The notes: a model not told the origin generated them from the sequence alone. A stretch of 64,000 nt of DNA from Phycisphaerae bacterium (GCA_963666835.2 CAXXGO010000006.1:1824001-1888000), one strand, 5' to 3'; positions 1 through 10,091 are shown, numbered from the stretch's first letter. Translations and numbers: made by a program.

Positions 1-2108
1 TCGATACTCACGAGACCGGTTCCGACGGAGCCTATATTGCACGACGTGACCGTGAGCTCACAGGGCCGACCCACTTCGCAAGGGTCTGGCGAAGCGGAGA
101 TTTCCTGCACGATCAAGTCTGGCCCCACCACTGCAACCTGTTCCGTGCGTTCGTTGTTTCCCTCGTTGCTCTCACGAACTTCGGCGCTTGAATCGGCGAC
201 CACCTTAAGGCTGTAGGTGTCGATTGCCTGAAACGTGTAGCCGATGCTCTCGTCGTTGGAATCCCCCGCGTCGAGACCGAAACTGATACGGTCAGTGCCG
301 ATAGAGCTTCCATCGACGTAGTATCTGATGTTGAACGCTGACGCGTCTGTGCCCCCCTGGTTCTTGATGCGGGCATGAATAGTCGCCGGATCATCCACAC
401 CTGGATTCGTTGGTGTCGTCCAGATGTCCTGGACGATTAGATCGGGCTCACAGATTGTGAGGTTCTCAGTGCGATCGTTGTTGTTCTCGTTGCTCTCCGA
501 CACCTCGTAGCTTGAGTCCGCAAAGATCTTGACGCTGTGGGATTCCCCGCTCTGAAACGTGTAGCCGATGCTCTCGTTGTTGGAATCCCCCGCGTCGAGA
601 CCAAAACTGATACGGTCGGTACCGATAGAGCTTCCATCGACGTAGTATCTGATGTTGAACGCTGACGCGTCTGCGCCCCCCTGGTTCTTAATGCGGGCGT
701 GAATCGTCGCAGATTCGCCCACCCCTGGGCATGAAGGTGTCACCCAAATGTCTTCAATGATGAGGTCAGGCTCAGTGACTGTGACGTTCTCCGTCCGTTC
801 GTTGTTGTTCTCGTTGCTCTCCGACAGCTCGTAGCTTGAGTCCGCGAAGACCTTGATGCTGTGGGATCCCCCGCTCTGAAAAGTGTAGCCGATGCTCTCG
901 TCGTTGGAATCCCCCGCGTCGAGACCGAAACTGATACGGTCGGTACCGATAGAGCTTCCATCGACATAGTATCTGATGTTGAAGGCGGATCCGTCACCGT
1001 CACCCTGGTTCTTGATGCGGGCGTGGATTGTCGCCGACTCACCAGCTTCTGGATTGGCTGGTGTAGTCCAGATGTCCTGAACGATCAGATCAGGTTGGGG
1101 GATGTGGACCGTCACATCCCAGGTATGCCAATACATGAAGCTCCAATCGCCATCGTAGTTGTTCGCGTCAATCGTTGTCGTGCCCGAGCCAAAATACCGG
1201 CAATACTCCGGATCCGTGTAGTTGTTTCCCCACCAAGTATGATCTTCGTCGACCTCCGTGTCATTCGCCCACCAAACAGTCCATACCTCTTCACCCCAGA
1301 TGCCGTCAACGCAGAAACAGTTCGTGCCCGGCGTAACCGTCACAGACTCGTATTGTGACGAGCCCCAGTCATGACAGTACGTCGTACGGGAATCGGCGAC
1401 ATTGGCGAGCAGTCCACCACGGGCATCCAGTGCGTTTTTCTCGTAACCGAGCAGGTGCGCCGTAACGAGCATAACCTCTCGACCTAAGTGACGACTCAAC
1501 GTGTCAATGTCCGTATGTCCATGCACGAGGTAGTCGCTGAAAACAAACCCCCGATCTGCGGGATCTGTGTTTCCCACGTCGACCTTCTCGGCAACGGCAA
1601 AGAACGCACCATAATCTCGAAACGAGGAATCGTTTCCGCCTACAAACACCGTTGAGTACGCGAATGGGGCGTCGGGACGCTCCGTGGCGAATGTCACGCC
1701 AACGTCATCAAAGGCCTGTTTGAGCATGAGTAGGACGCGGTCGATGACTTCGGCCTCTCTCCCTCTAAGGGGTGGATCTGGGATAGCGAACGGCTGGATG
1801 TCTATGTGCTCGATAGTGACGGAGCCCCGGTAGCTGACGTTGCGTGCCCCATTGAATTCCAGAACAACGAGCTGCCCGCTTTGCCCAATCCCTTCTGAGT
1901 CGGCCAACTTAAGGCCCGAAACATACTCGGGTCGCGAGGAAGAGTCGACCTGTTGCTGCTGTTTATCGCTCCTTGATAATGACTGGGCTGGTTCTTGCCG
2001 GCCGTGCTCTCCAGCATGTGAAGACACGGCAAGCATAAGTACTAGTATCAACGCCCCGTTTCTGGTTGCGAAGCTGGAATGGCAAGCTGCTCGCATTAAC
2101 TTAGACAT
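1..2108 (-). CDS. Secreted multidomain protein (partial, runs off window): degenerate metalloprotease-like N-domain plus CARDB (Ig-like) repeats
   Basis: Manual translation from ATG 2108 (GGAGG upstream): MSKLMRAACHSSFATRNGALILVLMLAVSSHAG..., then PDLIVQDIWTTPANPEAGESATIHARIKNQGDG...ELSESNENNNERT repeats typical of CARDB. Missing from the ORF track, presumably because it has no stop inside the window. Confidence 0.85.
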   Translation of the reverse strand, partial: MSKLMRAACHSSFATRNGALILVLMLAVSSHAGEHGRQEPAQSLSRSDKQQQQVDSSSRPEYVSGLKLADSEGIGQSGQLVVLEFNGARNVSYRGSVTIEHIDIQPFAIPDPPLRGREAEVIDRVLLMLKQAFDDVGVTFATERPDAPFAYSTVFVGGNDSSFRDYGAFFAVAEKVDVGNTDPADRGFVFSDYLVHGHTDIDTLSRHLGREVMLVTAHLLGYEKNALDARGGLLANVADSRTTYCHDWGSSQYESVTVTPGTNCFCVDGIWGEEVWTVWWANDTEVDEDHTWWGNNYTDPEYCRYFGSGTTTIDANNYDGDWSFMYWHTWDVTVHIPQPDLIVQDIWTTPANPEAGESATIHARIKNQGDGDGSAFNIRYYVDGSSIGTDRISFGLDAGDSNDESIGYTFQSGGSHSIKVFADSSYELSESNENNNERTENVTVTEPDLIIEDIWVTPSCPGVGESATIHARIKNQGGADASAFNIRYYVDGSSIGTDRISFGLDAGDSNNESIGYTFQSGESHSVKIFADSSYEVSESNENNNDRTENLTICEPDLIVQDIWTTPTNPGVDDPATIHARIKNQGGTDASAFNIRYYVDGSSIGTDRISFGLDAGDSNDESIGYTFQAIDTYSLKVVADSSAEVRESNEGNNERTEQVAVVGPDLIVQEISASPDPCEVGRPCELTVTSCNIGSVGTGLVSI
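123..1094 (-). repeat. Three tandem 324-bp (108-aa) CARDB-coding repeats; a fourth, diverged copy starts at 122
   Basis: PDLI codons start at 1094, 770, 446 and 122; segment tcgac(g/a)tagtatctgatgttg recurs at 313, 637 and 961. Confidence 0.9.
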
Positions 2109-2994
2109 TCATGAACCTCCTCGCCTGCTGTCGCAGGTTTTAGATCGTGCTGCAAAACCACGAGACGAAGGGATACTCCACCGTCGGGCGGCATTGCCGT
2201 CGAGCCGGAGCCGCGTCTGTGCGACGGCCTTTAACAGCGACGCCCCGGCTCCATGCCGGAACATAGTTCATGGCCGCTTTGTTGCATGATCGATCTTTGT
2301 TCTCATTGCCCAACGACGCACCGGGGCACCTGGCGCTTCCACCGAGGACGACAACTGTACCGGGAGTCAGCGATGCGAGTATCGCGAGGAAAGCCGTGCT
2401 TTCTCTTCCGAAACAACGACCTAACGGCCACAATAGGAACGATTTTGCCGGTTCATATGGTGTCTTTGTGGCTCGAAACGCCCGCTCTACATATACATGC
2501 GTGAAACGGGTGAAACGGGCGCAGTGAAAAGTCAAAGTTCCTTGTGGGACTGCCGGCACCGGATAACGCATGTTGGGGGTAGATCGGTAGTTACTTTGCG
2601 CGACGCAGTAGCTTGAGCTGCATCTCACAATGTGCCAATCGCAAAACACGAAGCCACGAACACCAAAGGGAAGAACGCTGTGCGGTTTCGGTGCAACGCA
2701 GTTCCTTGCGGACGGGGGAGGGCAAGGACGATGGCTCAGGATGCCCGACCAGTCAAGAATCGCCCCGGTGGGCGTTTACGGGCCACCGGCGCGCGGATCG
2801 GAAAGCCCACCGCAACGAGGCGTAGCAACAGGTACTCGCGACGCCGGGACAGTAGGGCCGCAACAGACCCGAACACATCCTCCCAAATACACCACCAACG
2901 GAATCCGCTAAAGTGCTACTGTGGAGGGTTGTCGTGGGCTGCGAGACCTGTTACAGTGAACTGATGAGGTTTTCAGCTCTCTCGTGAGATGTGC

Positions 2995-3585
2995 ATGTCT
3001 GCGCACAGGGATAGTCCGGTGACGGAGCTACTGGCCGCGGTGGGGCGGGGGGAGGATTCCGCGCAGGAGGCGCTTTGGGCGGTGGTGTATGACGAATTGC
3101 GCCGCGTAGCTCGGGGGCAGATGGCCGGAGAGGCATCGGACCTCACTCTCCAGCCGACCGCCCTGGTTCACGAGGCGTACTTTCGTCTGTTTGACTCTCA
3201 GGACGTCCAATGGTCGAGCCGGCGACATTTCTTTGCGGCCGCGGCGAAAGCGATGCGTCGTATTCGCATAGATGACGCACGTAAGAGAAAGCGCCTTAAG
3301 CGCGGCGGCGCCGAGCGGCCCGCGCATCTGGCGGAGGAGCCGCCGCTGTTCGATCAGGATCCGGTCGAGGTGCTGGCCGTCGATGAGGCGGTGGACAAGC
3401 TTGAGCAGCTTGATCCGCGCAAGGCCCGGGTCGTAATGCTGCGCTACTTCGCGGGTCTGACCGTAGACGAAACCGCTGATGCCCTCGATGTGTCACCACG
3501 AACGGTGGACAACGAGTGGCGGCTGGCCCGGGCGTGGTTGCACCGCGAATTGAGCAAGGGCGACACCGTAATGGGTGACAAGTAG
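2995..3585 (+). CDS. ECF sigma factor, kinase-associated type (TIGR02999/ECF43-like)
   Basis: VTELL...VYDELRRVA...TLQPTALVHEAYFRL...RRHFFAAAAKAMRRI...LRYFAGLTVDETA...WRLARAWL. Confidence 0.93.
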   Translation: MSAHRDSPVTELLAAVGRGEDSAQEALWAVVYDELRRVARGQMAGEASDLTLQPTALVHEAYFRLFDSQDVQWSSRRHFFAAAAKAMRRIRIDDARKRKRLKRGGAERPAHLAEEPPLFDQDPVEVLAVDEAVDKLEQLDPRKARVVMLRYFAGLTVDETADALDVSPRTVDNEWRLARAWLHRELSKGDTVMGDK

Positions 3586-3588
3586 CCG

Positions 3589-6500
3589 ATGTTGGCCGGT
3601 CAGTGGGAGCGCGTGCAGGAGCTTTTCGAAGCGGTCGTAGCACGCTCGCCTAAGGACCGGGCCGCTTACCTGGCTGAGGCCTGCAAAGATGACGCGGAGC
3701 TGCGGGCCGAGGTCGAATCGCTCTTGGAGCACGACGCGCGGGCTTCTTCAGAGTTTCTCCTTCCTCCCCGGCTCGGGTCCGGGGCGGCGCGTGGCAGCGC
3801 GGACGACGCCCCGGACCCTCTCATTGGCAAACGTGTCAACAAGTATCTGATCAAGAAGGTGATCGGCTCCGGCGGGATGGGCACGGTGTACGCGGCCGAG
3901 CAGATCAGGCCCAGCCGCATCGTGGCCCTGAAGGTCATGCGGGCCTGGGCCTCTACACGGTCGGCGTTGCGCCGTTTCGAGTATGAGTCGGAGATCCTCG
4001 CCCGACTGACGCACCCGCATATCGCCCAGATCTACGAGGCCGGTACGCATCGTGATCCTGAAGCGGGACGCGGCGTTGTGCCGTTCTTCGCCATGGAGTA
4101 CATCCGTGACGCCAGGCCGTTCATCGCTTATGCCAACGAAAAGAAGCTGGGCACGCGGGCTCGACTGGAGCTGTTCACCCAAGTCTGCGACGCCGTCCAC
4201 CACGGCCACCAGCGCGGTGTAATCCACCGAGATCTCAAGCCCGGCAACATCCTGGTGGATTCGTCGGGGCAGGTGAAGGTCATCGACTTCGGGGTGGCCC
4301 GCCTGACGGATTCGGACATCGCCGTGACCACGATTCGAACCGACGTCGGACAGTTGATCGGCACGCTGCAATACATGAGCCCGGAACAATGCGACGCGAA
4401 CGTTCTGGGCTTGGATACGCGCAGTGATGTCTACGCGTTGGGCGTGCTGGCGTACGAGCTTATCACCGGACGGTTGCCCTATGACGCGCGGAGTGAAACC
4501 ATCTACCGGGCGACGAAGGTCATTCGGGAAAGCACACCGCCCCGGCCGTCCTCGATCAACCCGAAGCTGCGTGGCGATGTGGAGACGGTTGTCCTTAAGG
4601 CGATGGAGAAGGACCGCGACCGGCGGTACCAATCCGCCTCGGATTTCGCGGATGATATTCGCCGGTACCTCAATAAGGCCCCGATCAACGCCCGTCCGCC
4701 GAGCATGTACTATCAGCTATCGTTGCTCGCCAGACGCAACAAGGCCGCCGTCGGTGCTCTTGCCGGCGTGTTCGTTGCGCTGCTTTTTGCGCTGGCGGGA
4801 ATCAGCTGGGCATACACTCAAACCCGTGCGGCCCGGGATGAATCCCGGAAGAACGAGCATGAGGCGCGGTGGAAGGCCTACGTTGCCGGCATCACTGCGG
4901 CTGAACTGGCGTTTCCATTGAATGACTTCGCAATGATCAATGACAGCCTCAACCGTGCGCCGCGCGAGTTCCGAGACTGGGAGTGGTCGCATCTGCACGC
5001 CGAAACCGATTACAGCCTCAAGACGATTCGTCTCGACGAGTTTGGTTTTGACGGCCGTTGCATAATAACGATCAACTCGATGGGCACACATATCGCGGCG
5101 GGCGCGCCGGATGGATCGATCTGCTTGTGGAGCACCTTGACCGGAGCGAAACTCGTCACTCTTCCTGGCGACGGGCAGCAAGTACAGTCCGTAGCTTTGA
5201 GCCGCGACGGATCGCGAATCGCGGCGAGGACGTCGGAGGGAGCAATCCGCGTGTGGGATGCTGCCGGCATCCCAAAGGTCGACGCCTCGTGGCGGCCTGA
5301 ACGGAGCTATTGCCCTCCGGCATTCAGCTCTGACGGCACCCGGGTGGCCTCCGTATCCTCTAGCGGTTTGGCTTGCGTGTGGGATACCTTAACCGGTCAT
5401 GAGGTCTGTGTCTCCCCCATCCACGATACGACGGTTCTCACTTTGGCCCTGAGTCCTGATGGCATGCGTATGGGAGCCAGCTCAACTGACGACACGATTC
5501 GCTTTTGGAACCTGGGCTCCGGTGATGAAGCGCACGTTCTGGCCGGGCACGATGAGGATGTCAGATCCCTGGCCTTCAGCCCGGACGGTGACTACTTAGC
5601 GTCTGCGTCACTGGACGGCACGGTGCGTCTATGGAGTATTGACGATGGCGCGGAGGTGCGGCGAATGGAGAGAAGGGGAGAGGGCGGCGGCTTCGTTGCA
5701 TTCAGTACGGACGGTAGTCGCCTTCTGTGCAAGAGTATGAACGACTACCTCTGCGTTTGGGATGTCGCCACCGGTAGCCGCATCGCGGAGATTCGCACGC
5801 GCGGCCATAGTCCGGATCAAGTGGCGTTCACGCCGGATGGCAAGGGACTTGTTTCTGGTAGGCATGACGGCACCGTGACATACTGGGGTCTCTTCCCCCC
5901 GGAAGGACTGAGGATCTATCGGGGTCACCAAGCTGCGGTTCGTTCAGTTAAGTTCAGCGCGGACGGGACGCGAATCGCATCGGGAGCGACGGACAAGACT
6001 GTACGGCTTTGGGACTCATCCACAGCGGAAGAGCTGGCCGTGCTGGCGGAACATAGCGACGTGGTGATTGCCGCTGCGTTCAACCGAGACGGCACCCGCG
6101 TGGCATCGGCGTCGTGGGACGGCACAGTACGGCTGTGGGATACCAGCACCGGCGAACAGACCGGCGTTCTGCTTCACGGCAACGAGATGGTCTTCTCCGT
6201 AGCATTCAGCCCAGAGGGCACCCGTTTGGCTTCTGGAACGTCGGAGGGAGCGTTACGTCTCTGGGATGCGGCTACGGGCCGCCTGCTGTGCAAGCAGGAC
6301 CTGGGAACGGTCGTCAAGTGCGTTGCGTTCAGCCCCGACGGAGTCAAATTGGCGTCCGGACTCGAAGATGGAACCATGCACGTCTGGGATGTCTCCTCGG
6401 GTGAGCACATGTCTCGTCTAGACGAACGAACCTGTGGGAACATCTCGATTGAGGACATCGCCTTCAGTCCGGACGGTGCTCTTCTTGCACCGGTCGGCGG

Positions 6501-6984
6501 AAACGGCATGTGCCTGTGGAACTTGGCCACGGGGGAAACCGTCGCCTCCCCGAGCAAGGTGCATAGCTTCTCCTCTGTCGAGTTCAACCAGACCGGTACG
6601 CGCGTGGCTCTGGGCTCGTCCGTCTCAACGGCGTGGATCGCGGATACGTCCACAGGTGAACGGGTCCTCACCCTTCGAGAGTATCAAGACTCGGTGAACT
6701 CCGTGGCGTTTAGCCCGGACGGCACGCGTTTGGCTGCAGCACTGGGCGACGGCACCGTGTGCCTGCGGGACAGCGTGCCGTTCAGGGATCGCTATGCGCA
6801 ATACCAAGCCATCCGTAACGCCGCGCCGGAAGCCCGGCAACTTGTGGAAGACCTTCACCGTGAGATAAGAGAATGGGGCGACGTAGTTGAGCGCCTGCGG
6901 GACGACACCACCCTGACCGCCCCCGTCCGCCGCGCGGCTCTCAACGAAGTCCTCCGCCGAGCGTCCGGCCACGGCGATGGATGA
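3589..6984 (+). CDS. Ser/Thr protein kinase with one TM segment and WD40 repeats
   Basis: IGSGGMGTVY, VALK, HRDLKPGN, DFG, GTLQYMSPE; TM AAVGALAGVFVALLFALAGISW; many 'VAFSPDGTRLAS...VRLWD' repeats; starts 3 nt after the sigma stop. Confidence 0.95.
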   Translation: MLAGQWERVQELFEAVVARSPKDRAAYLAEACKDDAELRAEVESLLEHDARASSEFLLPPRLGSGAARGSADDAPDPLIGKRVNKYLIKKVIGSGGMGTVYAAEQIRPSRIVALKVMRAWASTRSALRRFEYESEILARLTHPHIAQIYEAGTHRDPEAGRGVVPFFAMEYIRDARPFIAYANEKKLGTRARLELFTQVCDAVHHGHQRGVIHRDLKPGNILVDSSGQVKVIDFGVARLTDSDIAVTTIRTDVGQLIGTLQYMSPEQCDANVLGLDTRSDVYALGVLAYELITGRLPYDARSETIYRATKVIRESTPPRPSSINPKLRGDVETVVLKAMEKDRDRRYQSASDFADDIRRYLNKAPINARPPSMYYQLSLLARRNKAAVGALAGVFVALLFALAGISWAYTQTRAARDESRKNEHEARWKAYVAGITAAELAFPLNDFAMINDSLNRAPREFRDWEWSHLHAETDYSLKTIRLDEFGFDGRCIITINSMGTHIAAGAPDGSICLWSTLTGAKLVTLPGDGQQVQSVALSRDGSRIAARTSEGAIRVWDAAGIPKVDASWRPERSYCPPAFSSDGTRVASVSSSGLACVWDTLTGHEVCVSPIHDTTVLTLALSPDGMRMGASSTDDTIRFWNLGSGDEAHVLAGHDEDVRSLAFSPDGDYLASASLDGTVRLWSIDDGAEVRRMERRGEGGGFVAFSTDGSRLLCKSMNDYLCVWDVATGSRIAEIRTRGHSPDQVAFTPDGKGLVSGRHDGTVTYWGLFPPEGLRIYRGHQAAVRSVKFSADGTRIASGATDKTVRLWDSSTAEELAVLAEHSDVVIAAAFNRDGTRVASASWDGTVRLWDTSTGEQTGVLLHGNEMVFSVAFSPEGTRLASGTSEGALRLWDAATGRLLCKQDLGTVVKCVAFSPDGVKLASGLEDGTMHVWDVSSGEHMSRLDERTCGNISIEDIAFSPDGALLAPVGGNGMCLWNLATGETVASPSKVHSFSSVEFNQTGTRVALGSSVSTAWIADTSTGERVLTLREYQDSVNSVAFSPDGTRLAAALGDGTVCLRDSVPFRDRYAQYQAIRNAAPEARQLVEDLHREIREWGDVVERLRDDTTLTAPVRRAALNEVLRRASGHGDG

Positions 6985-7099
6985 AGCCACTCCACCGTGT
7001 GTCGCCCGGCAGCTCCCATTGAACATCTGCGCGAATAGGCTCTGCCGGTCACCGCGCAATACGACCGCTTCCGCCCAAAGCGGCGCCGCACAACCCGCC

Positions 7100-7360
7100 T
7101 CAACTCCCCGGCCGTTCGTCGCAGGAGCACTCCTCGCTCAATTCCGCGGCAAAGCGGCGTAGGGCGGCCCACTTGCCCTCTGCGAGCATGAGCGCCCTTT
7201 GCTCCTCCGACATGATCGTGTCATCGTCGCCTTCGGGTATGCGGCTCACGATCTCTTCTTGGAGGATGTCCAGGAACCTGAGCTGATACTTACGATCCAG
7301 CGAGTCAGCCAGGGCGATCGGCGTTGCCGCAGTGCTTTGCGGTTGTTGTGTCTGAGTCAT
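7100..7360 (-). CDS. Hypothetical protein (86 aa), last gene of the phage-like cassette
   Basis: ORF with AAGGAG-like RBS, overlapping the end of the upstream gene; no recognisable motif. Confidence 0.5.
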   Translation of the reverse strand: MTQTQQPQSTAATPIALADSLDRKYQLRFLDILQEEIVSRIPEGDDDTIMSEEQRALMLAEGKWAALRRFAAELSEECSCDERPGS

Positions 7361-8042
7361 TCGAATTATCTCCTTCTTTTGAGCCTGCCAAGGACACGAG
7401 GTAGTTCCGGTGTTCGCTAATGCGTTTCCGCACTGCCGCTTGGGCGGTAGGCATCGTCAAGACCTTGCCCGCGATCGTCGGAGCAAGGAGGGCCGGAAGC
7501 TCCTCCAGAACGCTCACGAACCATTCAATCAGCTCAAGGCGGTTTCGCTTGAGTTCTTCGAGCGTCACCAGCAGCCCGGCCTCCTCCTGGTTCTTCCGCT
7601 CTTCCCGTTCAGCCCGGGCTTGCTTGTACCGGCGATCCGCCTCACGGCTGCTCACCCGGCCGTCTTTTCCATCGCCGGCAAGCCGGTGCTTGTTACTGGC
7701 CAGGAAGTCATGCAGTGCGGCCACGACCGCGGGCAGGTCGATCGTCCGACCGAGCAACGGCAGACCGTACCGATGGGCCTGCTCGTTGATGACCTTCACC
7801 TGTCGCCCGGACATCGTCTGCCAATCCCGCTTCGGGATCGACCTGTAATGCTGCCAACGGAGTTGAGTTGCACGCGCCGCCTCCGCCCGACGCAGAGCGG
7901 CCAGCTCCCGCCCGGTGGGTTTCTCGCCCGCCCGACGCTTCGCCAACGCCGTAGCGGCCAGCTCGCGATCGATCTGATCGACCACCGTGAGCACCGGCTC
8001 CCCGGGCTTGGTTGCCTCCCGTGTGGTTTTTGGATTCGCCAT
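7305..8042 (-). CDS. Putative phage terminase small subunit (Nu1-like)
   Basis: Start MANPK 2 nt after the radical SAM stop; HTH-like region then 'RRYKQARAEREERKNQEEAGLLVTLEE...LEELPALLAP', resembling the Nu1-type coiled-coil tail; lies downstream of a cos-like site. Confidence 0.6.
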   Translation of the reverse strand: MANPKTTREATKPGEPVLTVVDQIDRELAATALAKRRAGEKPTGRELAALRRAEAARATQLRWQHYRSIPKRDWQTMSGRQVKVINEQAHRYGLPLLGRTIDLPAVVAALHDFLASNKHRLAGDGKDGRVSSREADRRYKQARAEREERKNQEEAGLLVTLEELKRNRLELIEWFVSVLEELPALLAPTIAGKVLTMPTAQAAVRKRISEHRNYLVSLAGSKEGDNSNDSDTTTAKHCGNADRPG

Positions 8043-8044
8043 GA

Positions 8045-9049
8045 CTATCCCCTCAATCCCATCACCTTCCGATAGGTCGGCGTCTGCTTGATGGCGTCCA
8101 TGCACTCCGCGTACGACATCTTCGGCAGAGTCCGGGTCGACCGCGTATCCTGAGCCATGGTCTTGAAGCAATACGCAGTGCCCGGCTTCCGCATTCCGTC
8201 GGAGTATTCAACCCGCCCATCACGGGCGATGTGGTTCATGTTGGCCGTGAGAGTCTGCCAGCCCAGGCCGTCTACGCCGCAACAGCACGGATGATCGCCG
8301 AGCGACCGCAGGCGGTTCTCCGCACAATAGAACCGGAGCCCCAACTCGTGACAGCGCTGCCGAATCCGCCGGAAGTCCCGCTCCAAAGCCGCAGCCGGAT
8401 AGCACCAATCGCCCGCGACCTTCACGAACCCGTCGGCCCTGCGACCGCGTTTGAGACCCTCGATCGTAACGCCATACACCCCGGCCTCCGCCAGCTTTTC
8501 GAGGTTTGCCAGCACGTCCCGGCACAAGCCCAGCGCGTACGGCTGAATTCGCGCGATGGTGCGCGGCACTACCGGAGAGATCTTCCGCATGAGCTCGAGT
8601 CGCTCATGGTACCGCGGCGCTCCGGGCTCCAGCTTGTCGTATTGCGGCGAGACCATCGACACCTGGAACACGACGTTGGCACGGCCGAGCAGGCTTAGGT
8701 ACGGCTCCTCCCCCGGGAGCGTGGCCTTGGTGGACACCACGAACGGGTATTTCGTCTTTACCAGAATCTGTAACGCCTCCAGGGATCGGCGGTGCTTCCG
8801 CTCGGCCGGCTGGAAGGGATCGCTGGTTCCGCCCCAGTGAATCGGGATGTCCCAGTCACACCAGGCCGTCTCCAGGGTCCGGTGCCCGTTGATGAACCGC
8901 CGGAGCGAATCCGCGGACTCGCCCAGCTTGACGCTCAGGTCCGCTTTCCGCCGCACGAAGCAGTAGGCGCATTCATGAGTACACCCCTGGTACGTGTCGA
9001 AACGCACCGGCAGGTCGCACAACACTACTTGTGATCCGGCTCGGGGCAT
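8045..9049 (-). CDS. Radical SAM protein (SplB-like, phage-associated)
   Basis: CTHECAYC (CxxxCxxC), GGTSDPFQPAE, VSTK motifs; C-terminal CCCG; AAGGAG RBS. Confidence 0.9.
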   Translation of the reverse strand: MPRAGSQVVLCDLPVRFDTYQGCTHECAYCFVRRKADLSVKLGESADSLRRFINGHRTLETAWCDWDIPIHWGGTSDPFQPAERKHRRSLEALQILVKTKYPFVVSTKATLPGEEPYLSLLGRANVVFQVSMVSPQYDKLEPGAPRYHERLELMRKISPVVPRTIARIQPYALGLCRDVLANLEKLAEAGVYGVTIEGLKRGRRADGFVKVAGDWCYPAAALERDFRRIRQRCHELGLRFYCAENRLRSLGDHPCCCGVDGLGWQTLTANMNHIARDGRVEYSDGMRKPGTAYCFKTMAQDTRSTRTLPKMSYAECMDAIKQTPTYRKVMGLRG

Positions 9050-9136
9050 TGTCGCTCCTTCGGTGAATGCCGCGTCTTAATAGCCAGCCCGCACACGCGA
9101 TCCAGCTCACTCTCCGGTAAGGTCGGCCAAGGCCCT

Positions 9137-9290
9137 TCCCCCCTTACCAAGGGGGGATCGAGGGGGGTCTGCTACCACGCAGAAAGACCCAACAAGATCC
9201 GATCAGCGCCAGCATTACAGCGTATTCCGTCGCCTGTGCGTTGCAGCGACGAAGAACCTCCCCCAGCTTCTCCTTGGTAAGGAGGGGAGG
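9137..9290. repeat. Inverted pair of REP-like palindromes
   Basis: TCCCCCCTT-ACC-AAGGGGGGA at 9137-9157 and the related inverted copy CTCCTT-GGT-AAGGAG at ~9270-9284, between the ParB and radical SAM genes. Confidence 0.7.
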
Positions 9291-9335
9291 AAGAAGTACG
9301 ACTACCTCTGAAAACAGCGCCATTCCTTTGTCACC

Positions 9336-9911
9336 TCACGCCATCTCCGCGCACAGCGCGGTAATCCGCTCTGCCACCGTTGTCTTGCTGTGATCCGAAC
9401 ACGCCCGTCGAACCACCGCAGCATCCTCAGGCGGGAACAGAAACGTAATCTGCTCGCAGTCGGCAGACTCGGAGATGCGGTCGACGAAGCAGCCCTCGAG
9501 ATCCCCCTCGGCCAGTACGGCCGGCTGGGCGAGATCGTCGAACAGAAGTTCGTCGTACAGGTCAACCGCGCTGCCCCGGAGCTCTTCGAGGATCGCGTCC
9601 AACTCCGGCGTGAACTCCCCGGCAATCGTCGGCGAGTTCAACGCAATGTTGAGCGCCTTCTCCTCGGTCTCCGACAGGTCGACGACCACCACATCCGCCT
9701 CGACCTCCCCGGCCGCCAGCATGGCCCTCAGCCGCTGATGCCCCCCGACGACGTTTCCGGTCCGCTTGTTCCAGACGATCCGCTCGACATACCCGAACCG
9801 CTTCAAAGACGCAGAGAGCCCCGTAAACGCCCGATCGTCGATCCGCCGAGGGTTGTAGCCCGCCGGCCGCAGATCGGCCAAACAAACGCGCTCGGTGTGG
9901 TGCTGTTTCAT
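9336..9911 (-). CDS. ParB/sulfiredoxin-like N-terminal domain protein of phage type
   Basis: LADLRPAGYNPRRI...SLKRFGYVERIVWNKRTGNVVGGHQRL...EEKALNIALN; short acidic C-terminus with no methylase domain. Confidence 0.9.
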   Translation of the reverse strand: MKQHHTERVCLADLRPAGYNPRRIDDRAFTGLSASLKRFGYVERIVWNKRTGNVVGGHQRLRAMLAAGEVEADVVVVDLSETEEKALNIALNSPTIAGEFTPELDAILEELRGSAVDLYDELLFDDLAQPAVLAEGDLEGCFVDRISESADCEQITFLFPPEDAAVVRRACSDHSKTTVAERITALCAEMA

Positions 9912-10091
9912 CGCCCCTAAACCTCCAACGTCGCCCGGTCATCATCGTTCAGTGCGGGCATCGAACGACTCCAAGGTGGCACTCTCTTCAACCACATATA
10001 CCCGACATTAGGAGCGGTGTCGAGCCTATGTCACGCGATTTGTTACTTACTTAGTCAAAACAACCCCCCCGCGCGCGTTTTTCAGCCGATA

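Noticed and set aside
123..1094. Diversity-generating retroelement template/variable repeats
   Set aside because: In-frame tandem domain repeats, no reverse transcriptase in the window and no evident adenine-specific differences.
113..1358. Short repeated ORFs in the track (MEALSVPTVSV... etc.)
   Set aside because: Alternate frames of the CARDB-repeat gene 1-2108.
2140..2964. Several 70-170 aa ORFs between the CARDB gene and the ECF sigma
   Set aside because: Mutually overlapping with no motifs; more likely a divergent regulatory region.
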